The position numbers and the translations under genes are program-made. 64,000 bases of DNA from an uncultured virus (IMG/VR IMGVR_UViG_3300020205_001316) (taxonomy: Duplodnaviria > Heunggongvirae > Uroviricota > Caudoviricetes). Below the pieces are notes generated by a model that saw only the letters and a list, made by a program, of their open reading frames with translations, ran no database searches and had not been told where the DNA came from. Position 1 is the stretch's first letter. Every line of letters starts with the position of its first letter. Below are positions 38,520-49,100 of this stretch, one piece after another. The stretch lies in the IMG/VR virus record IMGVR_UViG_3300020205_001316; one strand, written 5' to 3'.

Positions 38520-39359
38520 TTAAATCGATTGAATTATTCTAAAAAGTTTATCCCAGTGTGAATACCCATAGTAACCACAATTTTCAATCATAAACCTTTC
38601 ATCATAAATATCAATTTTAAAATTATTTAGTTTTATAGCATCGTACATTTGTTGATATTCTTTTGAATACGAATATGTTTGATTAATATCTGCTACCGCT
38701 TTAATTCTATCAATACACGTTGCATCCCATTTAAAATGATTAACTTGAACACTATATTCATTTGTGGGTGCAATTAGTGGATGATTCCAACCTTGCCATT
38801 TCCAGGTTGTTTCACCATTTATTTTTGCGTAATGTTGACCTGCTGTTATTTCTATATAACCTTTCATAATACACACCTTATTTGGACATGCACCACTTAA
38901 AGGATAACGAAAGAAACCTGCTAATGGAAATTGTTCAAATATATCCACATCTTCTTTTAGTTCTGAAAATTCTCCCCCTATACCTATTCTATCAATAAAA
39001 CCACCTCTTACCAATTCCCAACCATTTCTTTCACATGCTGATATAATTTGATTTAACGGTTTTGAATAAACATGAAACTCGTCATCATCTGCTACAATCC
39101 ACCAATCATTAGGATGCAACATTTTAGTTTGATTATAAAGATACGTTACATGCTCCCAATTAAATTTTTCTTTTTTAGAACGTTTAATTATTTGTACATT
39201 TGAAAATTCTTTTGATATTCTTTCTACTTCATCATATGTACTCATTCCTTCCCACTCATATACAACCACATAAATTTCATCTACTAATGTTTCATAGTAT
39301 TTAAAAAAATGCGATAATGTATTTGTTCTACTTCCGGTAACTGTAACTAATCTTTTCAT
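38520..39359 (-). CDS. GT-A fold glycosyltransferase (GT2/GT92-like)
   Basis: HFFKYY, WWIVADDDEF (DxD), GQH and HFKW. Confidence 0.65.
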   Translation of the reverse strand: MKRLVTVTGSRTNTLSHFFKYYETLVDEIYVVVYEWEGMSTYDEVERISKEFSNVQIIKRSKKEKFNWEHVTYLYNQTKMLHPNDWWIVADDDEFHVYSKPLNQIISACERNGWELVRGGFIDRIGIGGEFSELKEDVDIFEQFPLAGFFRYPLSGACPNKVCIMKGYIEITAGQHYAKINGETTWKWQGWNHPLIAPTNEYSVQVNHFKWDATCIDRIKAVADINQTYSYSKEYQQMYDAIKLNNFKIDIYDERFMIENCGYYGYSHWDKLFRIIQSI

Positions 39360-39886
39360 ATTAATTTTGTACTTGTATTGTTTCTTAATCTATTTGTAAT
39401 ATCTAAATAATGTAAATATTTTAAATCATTTAATCCTAAATATGTTTTAATTCTATCAATATCCATTTTAGTTTCAAATATATTTTCATATGTTATTTGA
39501 AATATTGGTAAATTACTTATACATTTATGCATATTTTCAATTATTAACATTTCATTTTCTATTCTATCTATATTAGATTCTATCCACCCATTCGGCAGTG
39601 TATATTTATTATGCCCACTTTTATTATCACCTCCCCACAAACCACTAATTGCACACTCAAATAAGTTTGTTCTTGTTATTCCAATTATTTTATCCCAATT
39701 GTTATTAATTAATGTTGGAGTGTCTATTGAATATATTATTTTAGTAACACAATCACCCTTTAACCATTTAGATTGATTATTAATATTATCCGGTTCCATA
39801 GAAAATGGTATTCCTAATTCTAATAATAACCAATTACCAAACGATGTTCCACCAACTCTAGTTCCAGCTATTATTAAAATTCTCAT
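39356..39886 (-). CDS. Sulfotransferase-like / P-loop protein
   Basis: ILIIAGTRVGGTS (5'-PSB-like), EP, R.N....IS (3'-PB-like) and ITYE. Confidence 0.5.
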   Translation of the reverse strand: MRILIIAGTRVGGTSFGNWLLLELGIPFSMEPDNINNQSKWLKGDCVTKIIYSIDTPTLINNNWDKIIGITRTNLFECAISGLWGGDNKSGHNKYTLPNGWIESNIDRIENEMLIIENMHKCISNLPIFQITYENIFETKMDIDRIKTYLGLNDLKYLHYLDITNRLRNNTSTKLI

Positions 39887-40638
39887 TTTCTTCTCACTAA
39901 TGTTAATCCGGTTGATGCTGGTTTGTTTTTTATAATACCAAAATTAAATAAATCAAATACTTGCCATTTATCCGTATCTATTTCTTTTGCTAATTGTATA
40001 GGTCCTTTCCAATCATCAAAATCACCCCTATCTTTTACTTCGTTTGTAACTATGTATTTATCTGCGTAGTTAGGGTCGGTGTCGTGAATTGATATAATAC
40101 CATTTGGACTCATTAACTGAGAATATAATTCAAAATCTTCTTTTACATTTTCGTAACTATGTCCCGCATCAATATGCAAATAATCAATCTTAATATCATT
40201 TAATACAAAGTAATTGTGAAACGCATTTGCTGTTGTATCTGCTATAATTCTTGGTGAAAATAATCTTCTAAAAAAACTTTCTTCGTTAAACCAACTTACA
40301 TTACCACCAATACCATTCATTGCATCAACTACATATGTTGTCCCAATATCTCCCCAGTTTTTGTTATCATCACCTTCAAATATATTTTGAGAATGTAAAT
40401 CAATTCTTGCCTGAGTCATAATTCTAGGTATAAATCCTCCACCACTTCCTAAACATACACATACCTTTGCTCTCATATATTGAATTAGGGAATAAATAAT
40501 TAATCCGTCCCCTAAATGGTCATCGGTTGCACCATGTGACCAACGATATGGAACATTTATTAAAGTTTGGTCTCCATAATCATCTATTTCTTGATTATTA
40601 GAAATAAATTCTTTTATGTAATCTTTATTAGTTATCAT
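39883..40638 (-). CDS. Class I SAM-dependent methyltransferase (Methyltransf_24-like)
   Basis: CLGSGGG, IDYLHIDAGHSYE and GIISIHD. Confidence 0.8.
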   Translation of the reverse strand: MITNKDYIKEFISNNQEIDDYGDQTLINVPYRWSHGATDDHLGDGLIIYSLIQYMRAKVCVCLGSGGGFIPRIMTQARIDLHSQNIFEGDDNKNWGDIGTTYVVDAMNGIGGNVSWFNEESFFRRLFSPRIIADTTANAFHNYFVLNDIKIDYLHIDAGHSYENVKEDFELYSQLMSPNGIISIHDTDPNYADKYIVTNEVKDRGDFDDWKGPIQLAKEIDTDKWQVFDLFNFGIIKNKPASTGLTLVRRK

Positions 40639-41648
40639 TTATTTAACAAATTTACTATTGATTTTACCCATTCCATTTTGTTATCATATACTAATAATGC
40701 TTCTTTTAATTTATTAAAGTTGTATTGTCTTTCAATTTCAAAATCATTACACATTATTTTATACATTTCATTGAACTGCTCTTTTGTATTTGCTCTATAT
40801 TTGTAATCTATTTTAGGTAACCAAAACTTATTTAGAATTGGAAGCTTACCATAATCAATTGCGTTAAATATCGAATACCCAAATGGTTCATTCACATAAC
40901 AGCCGTGAAATATCGTAAAGTCTAAGTTAAAGAAATTTCTGTGGTTTTCCAAATTATATGGGTAGAATCTTACTTTTTTTAAATCTAAGTTTAATCCTTC
41001 TTTTAAATTTTCATATCCCATCCAATCTGTAATTGCATATCCTTTATGTTTATCTAAGAAATGAAAACACTTTCGTGTCTCACTACGAGCTGCATATCCT
41101 ATCTTATCCGTATTCCAACTATATTCATTACCAATCTGAAACTCATAATAATTTGGTATCTGAATTGTTTTATCTTTAAAATCTTTTTGAACTAATCCAT
41201 CATTACATCCAATCCAAACTATTTGTTTACACCTATTCATTACATCTTGTTCCCATTGTAAATCCATTGTAGTAGGTAAATACACTCTATCTAATCCTAA
41301 ATCTACATTAGTGTTTATAATTTCTTTAATATAAGCGTGGCAAAATATTGTATGAAATTTATAATTATAATTCCACAATTCATCTCTACGATAATAGTTG
41401 TTATGTAAAAAATGTATTCTTCTTGCGTTTCTTAAAAGAGGTTCTACTAATAGTGGTTGTTCTTTTGAAAAACAAAATTGACAAGGAATAGATGATGGTT
41501 CAAATCCATTTGGTTTTCTACCATCAATTAATAATACTATTGGGTATTCTAAAAACGGAACTACATTTTCTAAAAAATTGTTTACCCAAATATCACTACC
41601 ACCCATAGGAACATTACCTGCTCCTGTTGTAACTAATAAATCAAACAT
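40635..41648 (-). CDS. GT-B (GT4-like) glycosyltransferase
   Basis: N-terminal GGSD, R.E.RK and EPFGYSIFNAIDYG. Confidence 0.6.
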   Translation of the reverse strand: MFDLLVTTGAGNVPMGGSDIWVNNFLENVVPFLEYPIVLLIDGRKPNGFEPSSIPCQFCFSKEQPLLVEPLLRNARRIHFLHNNYYRRDELWNYNYKFHTIFCHAYIKEIINTNVDLGLDRVYLPTTMDLQWEQDVMNRCKQIVWIGCNDGLVQKDFKDKTIQIPNYYEFQIGNEYSWNTDKIGYAARSETRKCFHFLDKHKGYAITDWMGYENLKEGLNLDLKKVRFYPYNLENHRNFFNLDFTIFHGCYVNEPFGYSIFNAIDYGKLPILNKFWLPKIDYKYRANTKEQFNEMYKIMCNDFEIERQYNFNKLKEALLVYDNKMEWVKSIVNLLNK

Positions 41649-41657
41649 AACTTATTT

Positions 41658-44600
41658 TTATATTGAACCGCTTTGTATTTTAGTTATATATTCTTCTACT
41701 AAAATTTTAGAATATTCCGATGTATATCTTTCTGGTTTATAATTACCATTTGAATCATATAATGGACTATTTAATATATCTTCATCTCTTCTTTCTGCAA
41801 CAACCATCCAACTAATTACATCATTTGAATTAATATTTTCTGAAATTACACTTATAGAACCACTTATGACATTTCCTTTTACTCTATCGAAACCATTTTC
41901 ATTTTGTAAAAATAATTGTGAGTTTTTTGTAAGGGATTCAAATGTACCATCTGTCATTCTAGATGATGAATCTATTAAACAACTACCACTTCCATTTTCT
42001 AATTGGATATGACCTCTATAAATCAAATCTGCTCTAGGTGCTTCTATTGAAGTATGATATAACCATTTATTTTCTATAACTGGATGTTTAATTTTAAATT
42101 GTTTATTAACTGCACTAAATCCTGATGTGACATTTAATGACCCAATAATTTCAGTTTTTCCTTTAATTAAACAAAAATTACTAGCTACTCCAGTTGAACC
42201 TGATGGACTGGATACATTCATATAGTTTCTAAAACCCTGATAAACTTGTAATCCACCGGGTGACAAAGTCGAAAAACCATTAGCTACTCTACCAAATCTT
42301 ACTACAATATTACTTGCCGGCCTTCTTAAAGAAATAGAGTCAAACGCTGATTCACCATCATATTGACCATTCCATTGTTGGTATACTTCAACTCTATACC
42401 AATTGGCAGTACCTGCGGTATTTATACCCCCTCCACCAGGAGCTTCTATTGTTCCACCATATACATTACTAACATCTGTAAATGGAGTTCCATTATCTTT
42501 ACCTAATTGTGCTTCCGCTACCACAACTTGTTTATCACCAAACCCAGCCTCAGCATTTGTTTGATTTACTGCATCGGTAGATGTTGGAAATTTTCTTACT
42601 CTCAACACACAAATATAACTCGAATATGAATTTCCATCGTAAGTATTATCTTGAATAACATTTGCAATACTTGGAAACTCAGCCGGGTCAATTCCTATTT
42701 CTTCGTTTGCATATTGTAATCCAATAATACCAAAATATCCTGTTCCATAGTCACTAGAACCACCATTACCTAATTCCCATCCAGTATTATAAGCATTATA
42801 AGGAGTTGATGTATCTACAGTAGCAACTACTTGACTATTATTTGGATAATTAATAGTTGCAGTATCACTTGCAACAATCTGTGGAATTGTTTCATTTGCA
42901 TCTAATACAACTACATCCAAAGAATCTATTGGATTTGTTTTTGTAATTGATATTTTTTGTGCATTTGCACTTAATTTTAGAATATAATTCCCACTTACTT
43001 TTTGCAATCCGGTTGTTCCATCGATAGTCCATCCACCTATTGAACCGGTATTAAATTGTGCATTTCTTCCGAAAAATTCCAAAGAAGCAATTTTTTCCGC
43101 AACAATTTGGTTTGCTAATATTTTACCAGTAGTAATTGAATTATCATCTATATGAGTAGCATTAACCGTGTTTCGTGTTGCTAATGTACCTAAATCTGTT
43201 ACATATGTTGAATCTATTGTAGATTTGGTTGCTAACGAACCAAGTCCTTGTACCGAACCATTTGGGATTGTTACACCTGAAATTAGTGTTATTGATGTTG
43301 CTGTGATTGCTCCTCTTATTTCTAAACCACTACCATTCCATAATAATGAATTTCCTGCACTACCACTTAAATAAAATAAACCACTACTACTCATAAAGGT
43401 AGACCATCCCGCTCCACTTTTATAATATCCTAAATGTGAAGAATCCATATATAAACCACTACCCGCCGGTGTTGCGGTTCTATTCACTAAACCCGCCGCA
43501 TCGGTAAATATTTTAAGATTTGTGGTTGCTATGGATGCGGTTGTATTATTTGCTATTGCGTAGGTTAATGCACCTGAACCAGATGATGCCGCATTTGCTA
43601 TATCAGTTGCTGCTTGTCCACCTGTGATGTTTATTGAACCTTTTATTTCCAACGTTGAATTACCACTATCCCATGCTAAATATCCACCATTAGCGGCCGA
43701 ACTTGTTAAAAAAAAGTTACCATTATTAGCCATAAAAGTTTTCCAACCATTAACATTACCATTTCCATTATGATAACCTAAATATGATTGTCCTAAATAT
43801 AAACCAGCTACTCCGTTGGATGGTGCTTTGTTTACTAAACCAGTTGCATCGGTAAATATTCTACTATTTACATCGGTAAAGGTTGTTGCCGTTGATGCAC
43901 TAATTAGTGCTATACTTGCACTTGATAGTGCTACTGAGGTTGAAATAGAAGATGATACACTACTACTTAAAGATGCACTAACATTTGATATTGTACCACT
44001 TATAGATGAACTTATAAATAATGATGAACTTTGTAATGATGCCGAAAATGCTGATGATGTTACAAATGATTGTGATATACTTCCCGTAACCAATCCTATT
44101 GTTCCACTTACTGATTGTGATAATGCTAATATAGATGCGTTTGATGCCGATGTAGAACCACTAATTAAAATTAAGGTTCCACCAATGTTATTATTACCGC
44201 CCGTAAATAATGCGGATTGTGTAACTGCTACCGGAACATAATTATTGTTTACATCGTAAAACTCAAATTTAAAATTGTAAGTTTCGTTACCCAATACTGT
44301 TGGCATTGATGTAACAAATGAAATTTCAGATGGAGAAAATGCACTATCTTCTGATAATTTTAAACTAATATTTCCAACATGCCATTCACTTTGAGATTGT
44401 GATAAATATAAACTTGCTGTTGGTTCTGCTTTATCTAATATAAATGCAAATACTTGATCTGTTAAATTTTTAGTAGGAACGATACCATTTAGTGTACCTA
44501 TTAATTTTTCACCATTTTGAGAACCACTTATGTAAATCCCCATATTACTAGCAGTAGATGATGAATAAAATGCATCTATTCCTAATTCATAGGTATTTCC

Positions 44601-45455
44601 ATTATTTAAATTTAATGAACTTGTATATCTTAAATACCCACTATTTTTTAGACTTAAACCATTATCAATTTTACTGCTTGTCAATGCAGTATTTAGTGAA
44701 CCCGTATTCCATAATTTTTGTAAAGTTTCCGAAGTAAACAATCCGGCGTCACCTACTACACTACCACTAAGCGTTGTAGTAGTTAATAATTCTTTTGATT
44801 CAACTAATATATCTTGTATTAAATCATAATCCGAAATATCGCCTTCGGATGTTCTATAAACTTTTACTCTTTTTACATCTCCGGCAAATGTATCTAATTG
44901 AGAAACTTTAATATTTGCAAATGATTGTGTAACCAACGATGCTATTTTTGAACCAGTAGCATCAAATGCGTATATAGGTGATAATTGTTCTACAATTGAA
45001 ACAATAGGTCTTTTATAAAATCTTACTCTAGTTGTGTTCGATAATGCAGGATTTATATTAATTTGTTTTTCCCACTTAACACTATATAATCCATTCCATT
45101 CTTGAGGAACGTCTTTTAATTGACCTAATATGGTAATAGTTGCTGGTCCAAATGCAGTTAATGTAGGATATACATAAACTGCAGCTACTTTAGAAATACC
45201 TTCGTAATATTCAGGACTACCATTAGCATATTCTACATAACATACTTTGCCGGCTGCATCTCTAATTTGAATTTTAATTTCAGTATTAGCTAATAATTTA
45301 TTAGTACCCGCTATTAAGAATGCGTTTTTACCTCCCGAAAAAGTATCAGGAAGTTCACTTATGTTAAAATAATCTGAATTTAAACTAGTATCTGTAATGT
45401 AAGTTTGTACTAGTTCTAATTTCTCATCTGGTGCAACTTTGATATCAACTGCCAT
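41658..45455 (-). CDS. Tail fibre / receptor-binding protein with C-terminal chaperone-like domain
   Basis: 1265 aa, S/T/G-rich beta-structure with internal repeats and GSIGGW; C-terminal KQFKIKHP...LYHTSIEAP..YRG. Confidence 0.7.
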   Translation of the reverse strand: MAVDIKVAPDEKLELVQTYITDTSLNSDYFNISELPDTFSGGKNAFLIAGTNKLLANTEIKIQIRDAAGKVCYVEYANGSPEYYEGISKVAAVYVYPTLTAFGPATITILGQLKDVPQEWNGLYSVKWEKQININPALSNTTRVRFYKRPIVSIVEQLSPIYAFDATGSKIASLVTQSFANIKVSQLDTFAGDVKRVKVYRTSEGDISDYDLIQDILVESKELLTTTTLSGSVVGDAGLFTSETLQKLWNTGSLNTALTSSKIDNGLSLKNSGYLRYTSSLNLNNGNTYELGIDAFYSSSTASNMGIYISGSQNGEKLIGTLNGIVPTKNLTDQVFAFILDKAEPTASLYLSQSQSEWHVGNISLKLSEDSAFSPSEISFVTSMPTVLGNETYNFKFEFYDVNNNYVPVAVTQSALFTGGNNNIGGTLILISGSTSASNASILALSQSVSGTIGLVTGSISQSFVTSSAFSASLQSSSLFISSSISGTISNVSASLSSSVSSSISTSVALSSASIALISASTATTFTDVNSRIFTDATGLVNKAPSNGVAGLYLGQSYLGYHNGNGNVNGWKTFMANNGNFFLTSSAANGGYLAWDSGNSTLEIKGSINITGGQAATDIANAASSGSGALTYAIANNTTASIATTNLKIFTDAAGLVNRTATPAGSGLYMDSSHLGYYKSGAGWSTFMSSSGLFYLSGSAGNSLLWNGSGLEIRGAITATSITLISGVTIPNGSVQGLGSLATKSTIDSTYVTDLGTLATRNTVNATHIDDNSITTGKILANQIVAEKIASLEFFGRNAQFNTGSIGGWTIDGTTGLQKVSGNYILKLSANAQKISITKTNPIDSLDVVVLDANETIPQIVASDTATINYPNNSQVVATVDTSTPYNAYNTGWELGNGGSSDYGTGYFGIIGLQYANEEIGIDPAEFPSIANVIQDNTYDGNSYSSYICVLRVRKFPTSTDAVNQTNAEAGFGDKQVVVAEAQLGKDNGTPFTDVSNVYGGTIEAPGGGGINTAGTANWYRVEVYQQWNGQYDGESAFDSISLRRPASNIVVRFGRVANGFSTLSPGGLQVYQGFRNYMNVSSPSGSTGVASNFCLIKGKTEIIGSLNVTSGFSAVNKQFKIKHPVIENKWLYHTSIEAPRADLIYRGHIQLENGSGSCLIDSSSRMTDGTFESLTKNSQLFLQNENGFDRVKGNVISGSISVISENINSNDVISWMVVAERRDEDILNSPLYDSNGNYKPERYTSEYSKILVEEYITKIQSGSI

Positions 45456-45472
45456 TATAGAATATTCTTTTT

Positions 45473-45481
45473 TATAAATAT
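45473..45481 (-). promoter_or_regulatory. Putative late promoter element ATATTTATA
   Basis: Intergenic, 17 nt upstream of ATG 45455. Confidence 0.6.
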
Positions 45482-45482
45482 T

Positions 45483-46118
45483 CTATTTTTGAGTATTTCG
45501 TGCTAATTCAACTATTATGGTAATTCTTCTAAAATTATCATCTAAAACTTCGGTTACAGCGTGTACTGGGTTGTTTTGTGAAAAATCAAGAATTGCTACC
45601 TTTCCTAATTCAGGATTAACTTTTATATTATCATTAATAATTATTTCACCACCCATTCCATCAACATAATCATCATTCAAATAAATTAATATATTTGTAA
45701 GTCTATTGCCACCTGTACCATCTTGATGTCTATTTATATAACATAGTTTGTTATACATTGTACAATTTATAAAAAAATTAGTATCGTATGAATCTGATGG
45801 ATACACATCCTCTATTATAGAAGTAAATACTTCTCTTAAAAAGATACATTCTTCATTTGTTAGTTTAGATACAAAATTATTATCTTGATACCAAACTTGC
45901 CATTTTTTTAATGGTGCATATTCTTCTTTTAATTTTTCTAAATTTTCAAAAGAATCATATGATTTATCATTTTCACCACACCCAGTATGTCTTAAATTTG
46001 TAAACTCTATTTGTTTTATTTTATCTGCAATTGGTTTTAATTTTTCCTTTGTTTCATTATCTAAATCAAATGAAAGATAACCATCACTTATTAATTTGGT
46101 ATGTAATTCGGTATTCAT
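45483..46118 (-). CDS. 2OG-Fe(II) oxygenase (prolyl-hydroxylase-like)
   Basis: HQD, LIYLN, GMGGEI, HAV and R; paralog of 20901-21626 and of the N-terminus of 19265-20908. Confidence 0.82.
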   Translation of the reverse strand: MNTELHTKLISDGYLSFDLDNETKEKLKPIADKIKQIEFTNLRHTGCGENDKSYDSFENLEKLKEEYAPLKKWQVWYQDNNFVSKLTNEECIFLREVFTSIIEDVYPSDSYDTNFFINCTMYNKLCYINRHQDGTGGNRLTNILIYLNDDYVDGMGGEIIINDNIKVNPELGKVAILDFSQNNPVHAVTEVLDDNFRRITIIVELARNTQK

Positions 46119-46121
46119 ACT

Positions 46122-46130
46122 TATAAATAT
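46122..46130 (-). promoter_or_regulatory. Putative late promoter element ATATTTATA
   Basis: 3 nt upstream of ATG 46118. Confidence 0.6.
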
Positions 46131-49100
46131 TACTTATATTGTATTTGAGAGAACCCATCTACTTTTTTAATCTCAACTAATGTATCTACAATATCTCGCA
46201 TTGCATCCAAGTGAGAAATGATATTAATAAAATCAAATTGTGTTTTAAGGTAATCAAACATCATAAAGATAGATTGTAAATTATCACTATCTAATGTACC
46301 AAATCCTTCATCAATTACTAAGAAATTCGGACGAGGTAAATTACATACATTAATAAGTGCAACTCTAATTGCCAATCCACTAACGAACTTTTCCATACCA
46401 CTACACATCTCTAATGGCCAATGTTGGTCCTCATAAACAATCCTAGCGTTCACATTCTTGCCACTCATATCAAAAACGATACCAAACTCTACAATTTGTT
46501 GTAAGATGTTATTAACCTCACCTTCTATCACAGGTAGAGCCTTTGCAATCAATTCATATGAAACACCATCTCTTTTTACTGCATCTAAGTAGTATTCGTA
46601 GATTTGGAACTTTTCTTCTAAATCTTTTGCTTCTGTCATCTTATCGGTAACTGATGTAATATAAGATTGTGTTTGAACTATTTGTCCATTCATATCTAAT
46701 AATCTCGCTGCTATCTCTCTTAGGTCTTTACTAACTCCCGCTAACTCTTGTTTCTTAATATCAATTTGTTCCTCTAAAGAATCGTTGTTTTGAATAGTAG
46801 TTTCGTTGGCGTGGTATCTTTCAATATCCAATTCTACCGCTGTTAGTTGTGCTTCATATAATTCTTTTTGAGTAATTATTCCACTTAATTCTAAGTAAGT
46901 AGTTTTATGAAGGGCTTTACCCTTTTCTAATTTAGCTTTATAATCCTCAAATTGTAAATATTGTTCTTCAATACCTTCCCATGAATCTAACGTTTGTTGA
47001 ATACCAGTAGCATTGATTGTTGCTTGTTTAAGTTCTTCTTTCAATTGAGGTAACAATTCTTTTACTCTCATTGCATCTTTTACAAAAGTATTATCACAAC
47101 AAAATTTACAATTAGGGTCATATTCATGATTATCCAAATGTTTAATTGTTTCTTCTGCGGAACTTAGATGTAATTTTGCAATATCATAAATTTTTGTAGC
47201 TTCAATTAAATCCTTTTGTTGTTGTTGATAGTTGGAATATACAACTTCTATATCAATACCATTGAATTGTTTTTTACTATCAATTGCAATTGTCAACTCA
47301 GCCATTACATCCATTATCTTACCAATACTTAAAGATTTGGTTTGGATAGTTGCATCGGAGCCTGTGATTTGAGATTGTAAAGTTGATTGTTTACTTTCTA
47401 AGTCAGCAATATCTAAGTTACCATCAATAGGAACTAATTGAGCTGATAGATTAGTTATTTCTTCATTCAAATCATCTTGTCTATCTTCATAACCTTCTTT
47501 CTCAATTTCAAATTCCTCATACTCATCCTTTAAGGTTTCTAATTTATTTTCAGCGGTTGCTAATTCAGATGTAAAATCAGTTCTTTTAAAGTTTCTTAAT
47601 AGGACCTGTACTTCTTTAATATCTTCACTAGCTAAATCATATAACTTATCAAATACATTAATACCCATAAACTGAGCTAATAAATCCTTTCTTTCTGATT
47701 GTGATTTATCAATGAATAATGAATTGTTACCTTGTAAAGATAATGCAGTTAATACAAAATCTTCATACTTTCCTAAATAACTTTCAATTACTTTATCTGT
47801 TCCTCTACGTTCATCACCATTTAGGTTTACGATTTCACCACCCTCTATTTTCCAAAAGTTTACATCACACTTAACCGCATCACCTTTCTTTGTAGTTTTA
47901 GCAGTTCTCTCAATGAAAAATCTCTCATCATTAATATCAAACTCTAACTTACAACTAAATGATGTTTTACGATTGTTTAGAATGTTAGCTGCCTTAAATG
48001 CTCTACTACTCTTATCAAATATACAAAATGAAAGAGCATCGAATAGAGAGGACTTACCACTAGCGTTTGGAGCGAACACACCCATTAACCCTTTCATATT
48101 CTCAAAGTTAACGATATTATCCTCACCATAAGAGAACATATTATCAAACTCAAAACGAATTGGTTTCCAAGCTATGTTTTTAACTAAATCATCATCATTT
48201 AATCGTTTGTTTAGTTTATTGTTCAAATCCTCAATCTTACCTAATGTCTCATTATCCAACATATAGTTTCTACCTAAGTAATCTTTAATAAGACCGGCTT
48301 GATATTGAGGGTCATTCACATTACCCACATTCAACTTACCATCTTTATTACCCGTCCTTAAACGAGCTAAAGTGTCGGTACGAGTAATAGTGAACTCATC
48401 TACTTTATATTTCTTTTTAATCTCAGTAGTAACTCTCTTAATATCTGATGCATCGGTTTTAGATACAAACACTCTAAGACGAGGTTTAATCGGCATATCG
48501 GTTACATCAGGCACAACACCATTCTCAACATGCAAAGTATAATAACCATAATCATTTGGAACATCTACATATTCAACTGATAAATCATCCATATTCCAAA
48601 TAGCGTATCCATGTTTGTCTAATGCTTCACCATGATTCTGTTGTATTAAAGAACCTGGATAAACTACTTTACATCCTTTTGGAGAAATCATAGTTTGTCT
48701 TCTATGTATATCACCTAATAAAGCTAAATCATATCCATCAAACATTTCTGATGTAAAATGACGAGAGGAAATTGTATAACCAACATCCGTAGTTGCATCT
48801 AATACAGGTCCATGAAACAATGCAATATTTTTAGTATCTGATGTTAATGGTTCAAACACCCAATTTTCTTTTTCATCAAAAATAGAAAATGTATCAAATC
48901 TTACACCCCCATAGGTATAACTTTGAGTATTTCTTAAATAAGTTAAATTAGGTAAATCTAATGCTTCTACAATTGGAGTTAATACATCCAATCTACCAGC
49001 ATTGTTTAAGTTACAATCATGGTTTCCAGCGATTAATATGGTAGGACATAATTCACAGCACTTCTTAAGAAAATAATTTATTTCGTTAAGAAGCTCCGGT

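Noticed and set aside
15786..41648. Host contamination or a bacterial O-antigen locus misassembled into the phage
   Set aside because: It has the same strand and gene-overlap style as the flanking phage genes, continuous junctions, and no wzx/wzy/ABC export genes.
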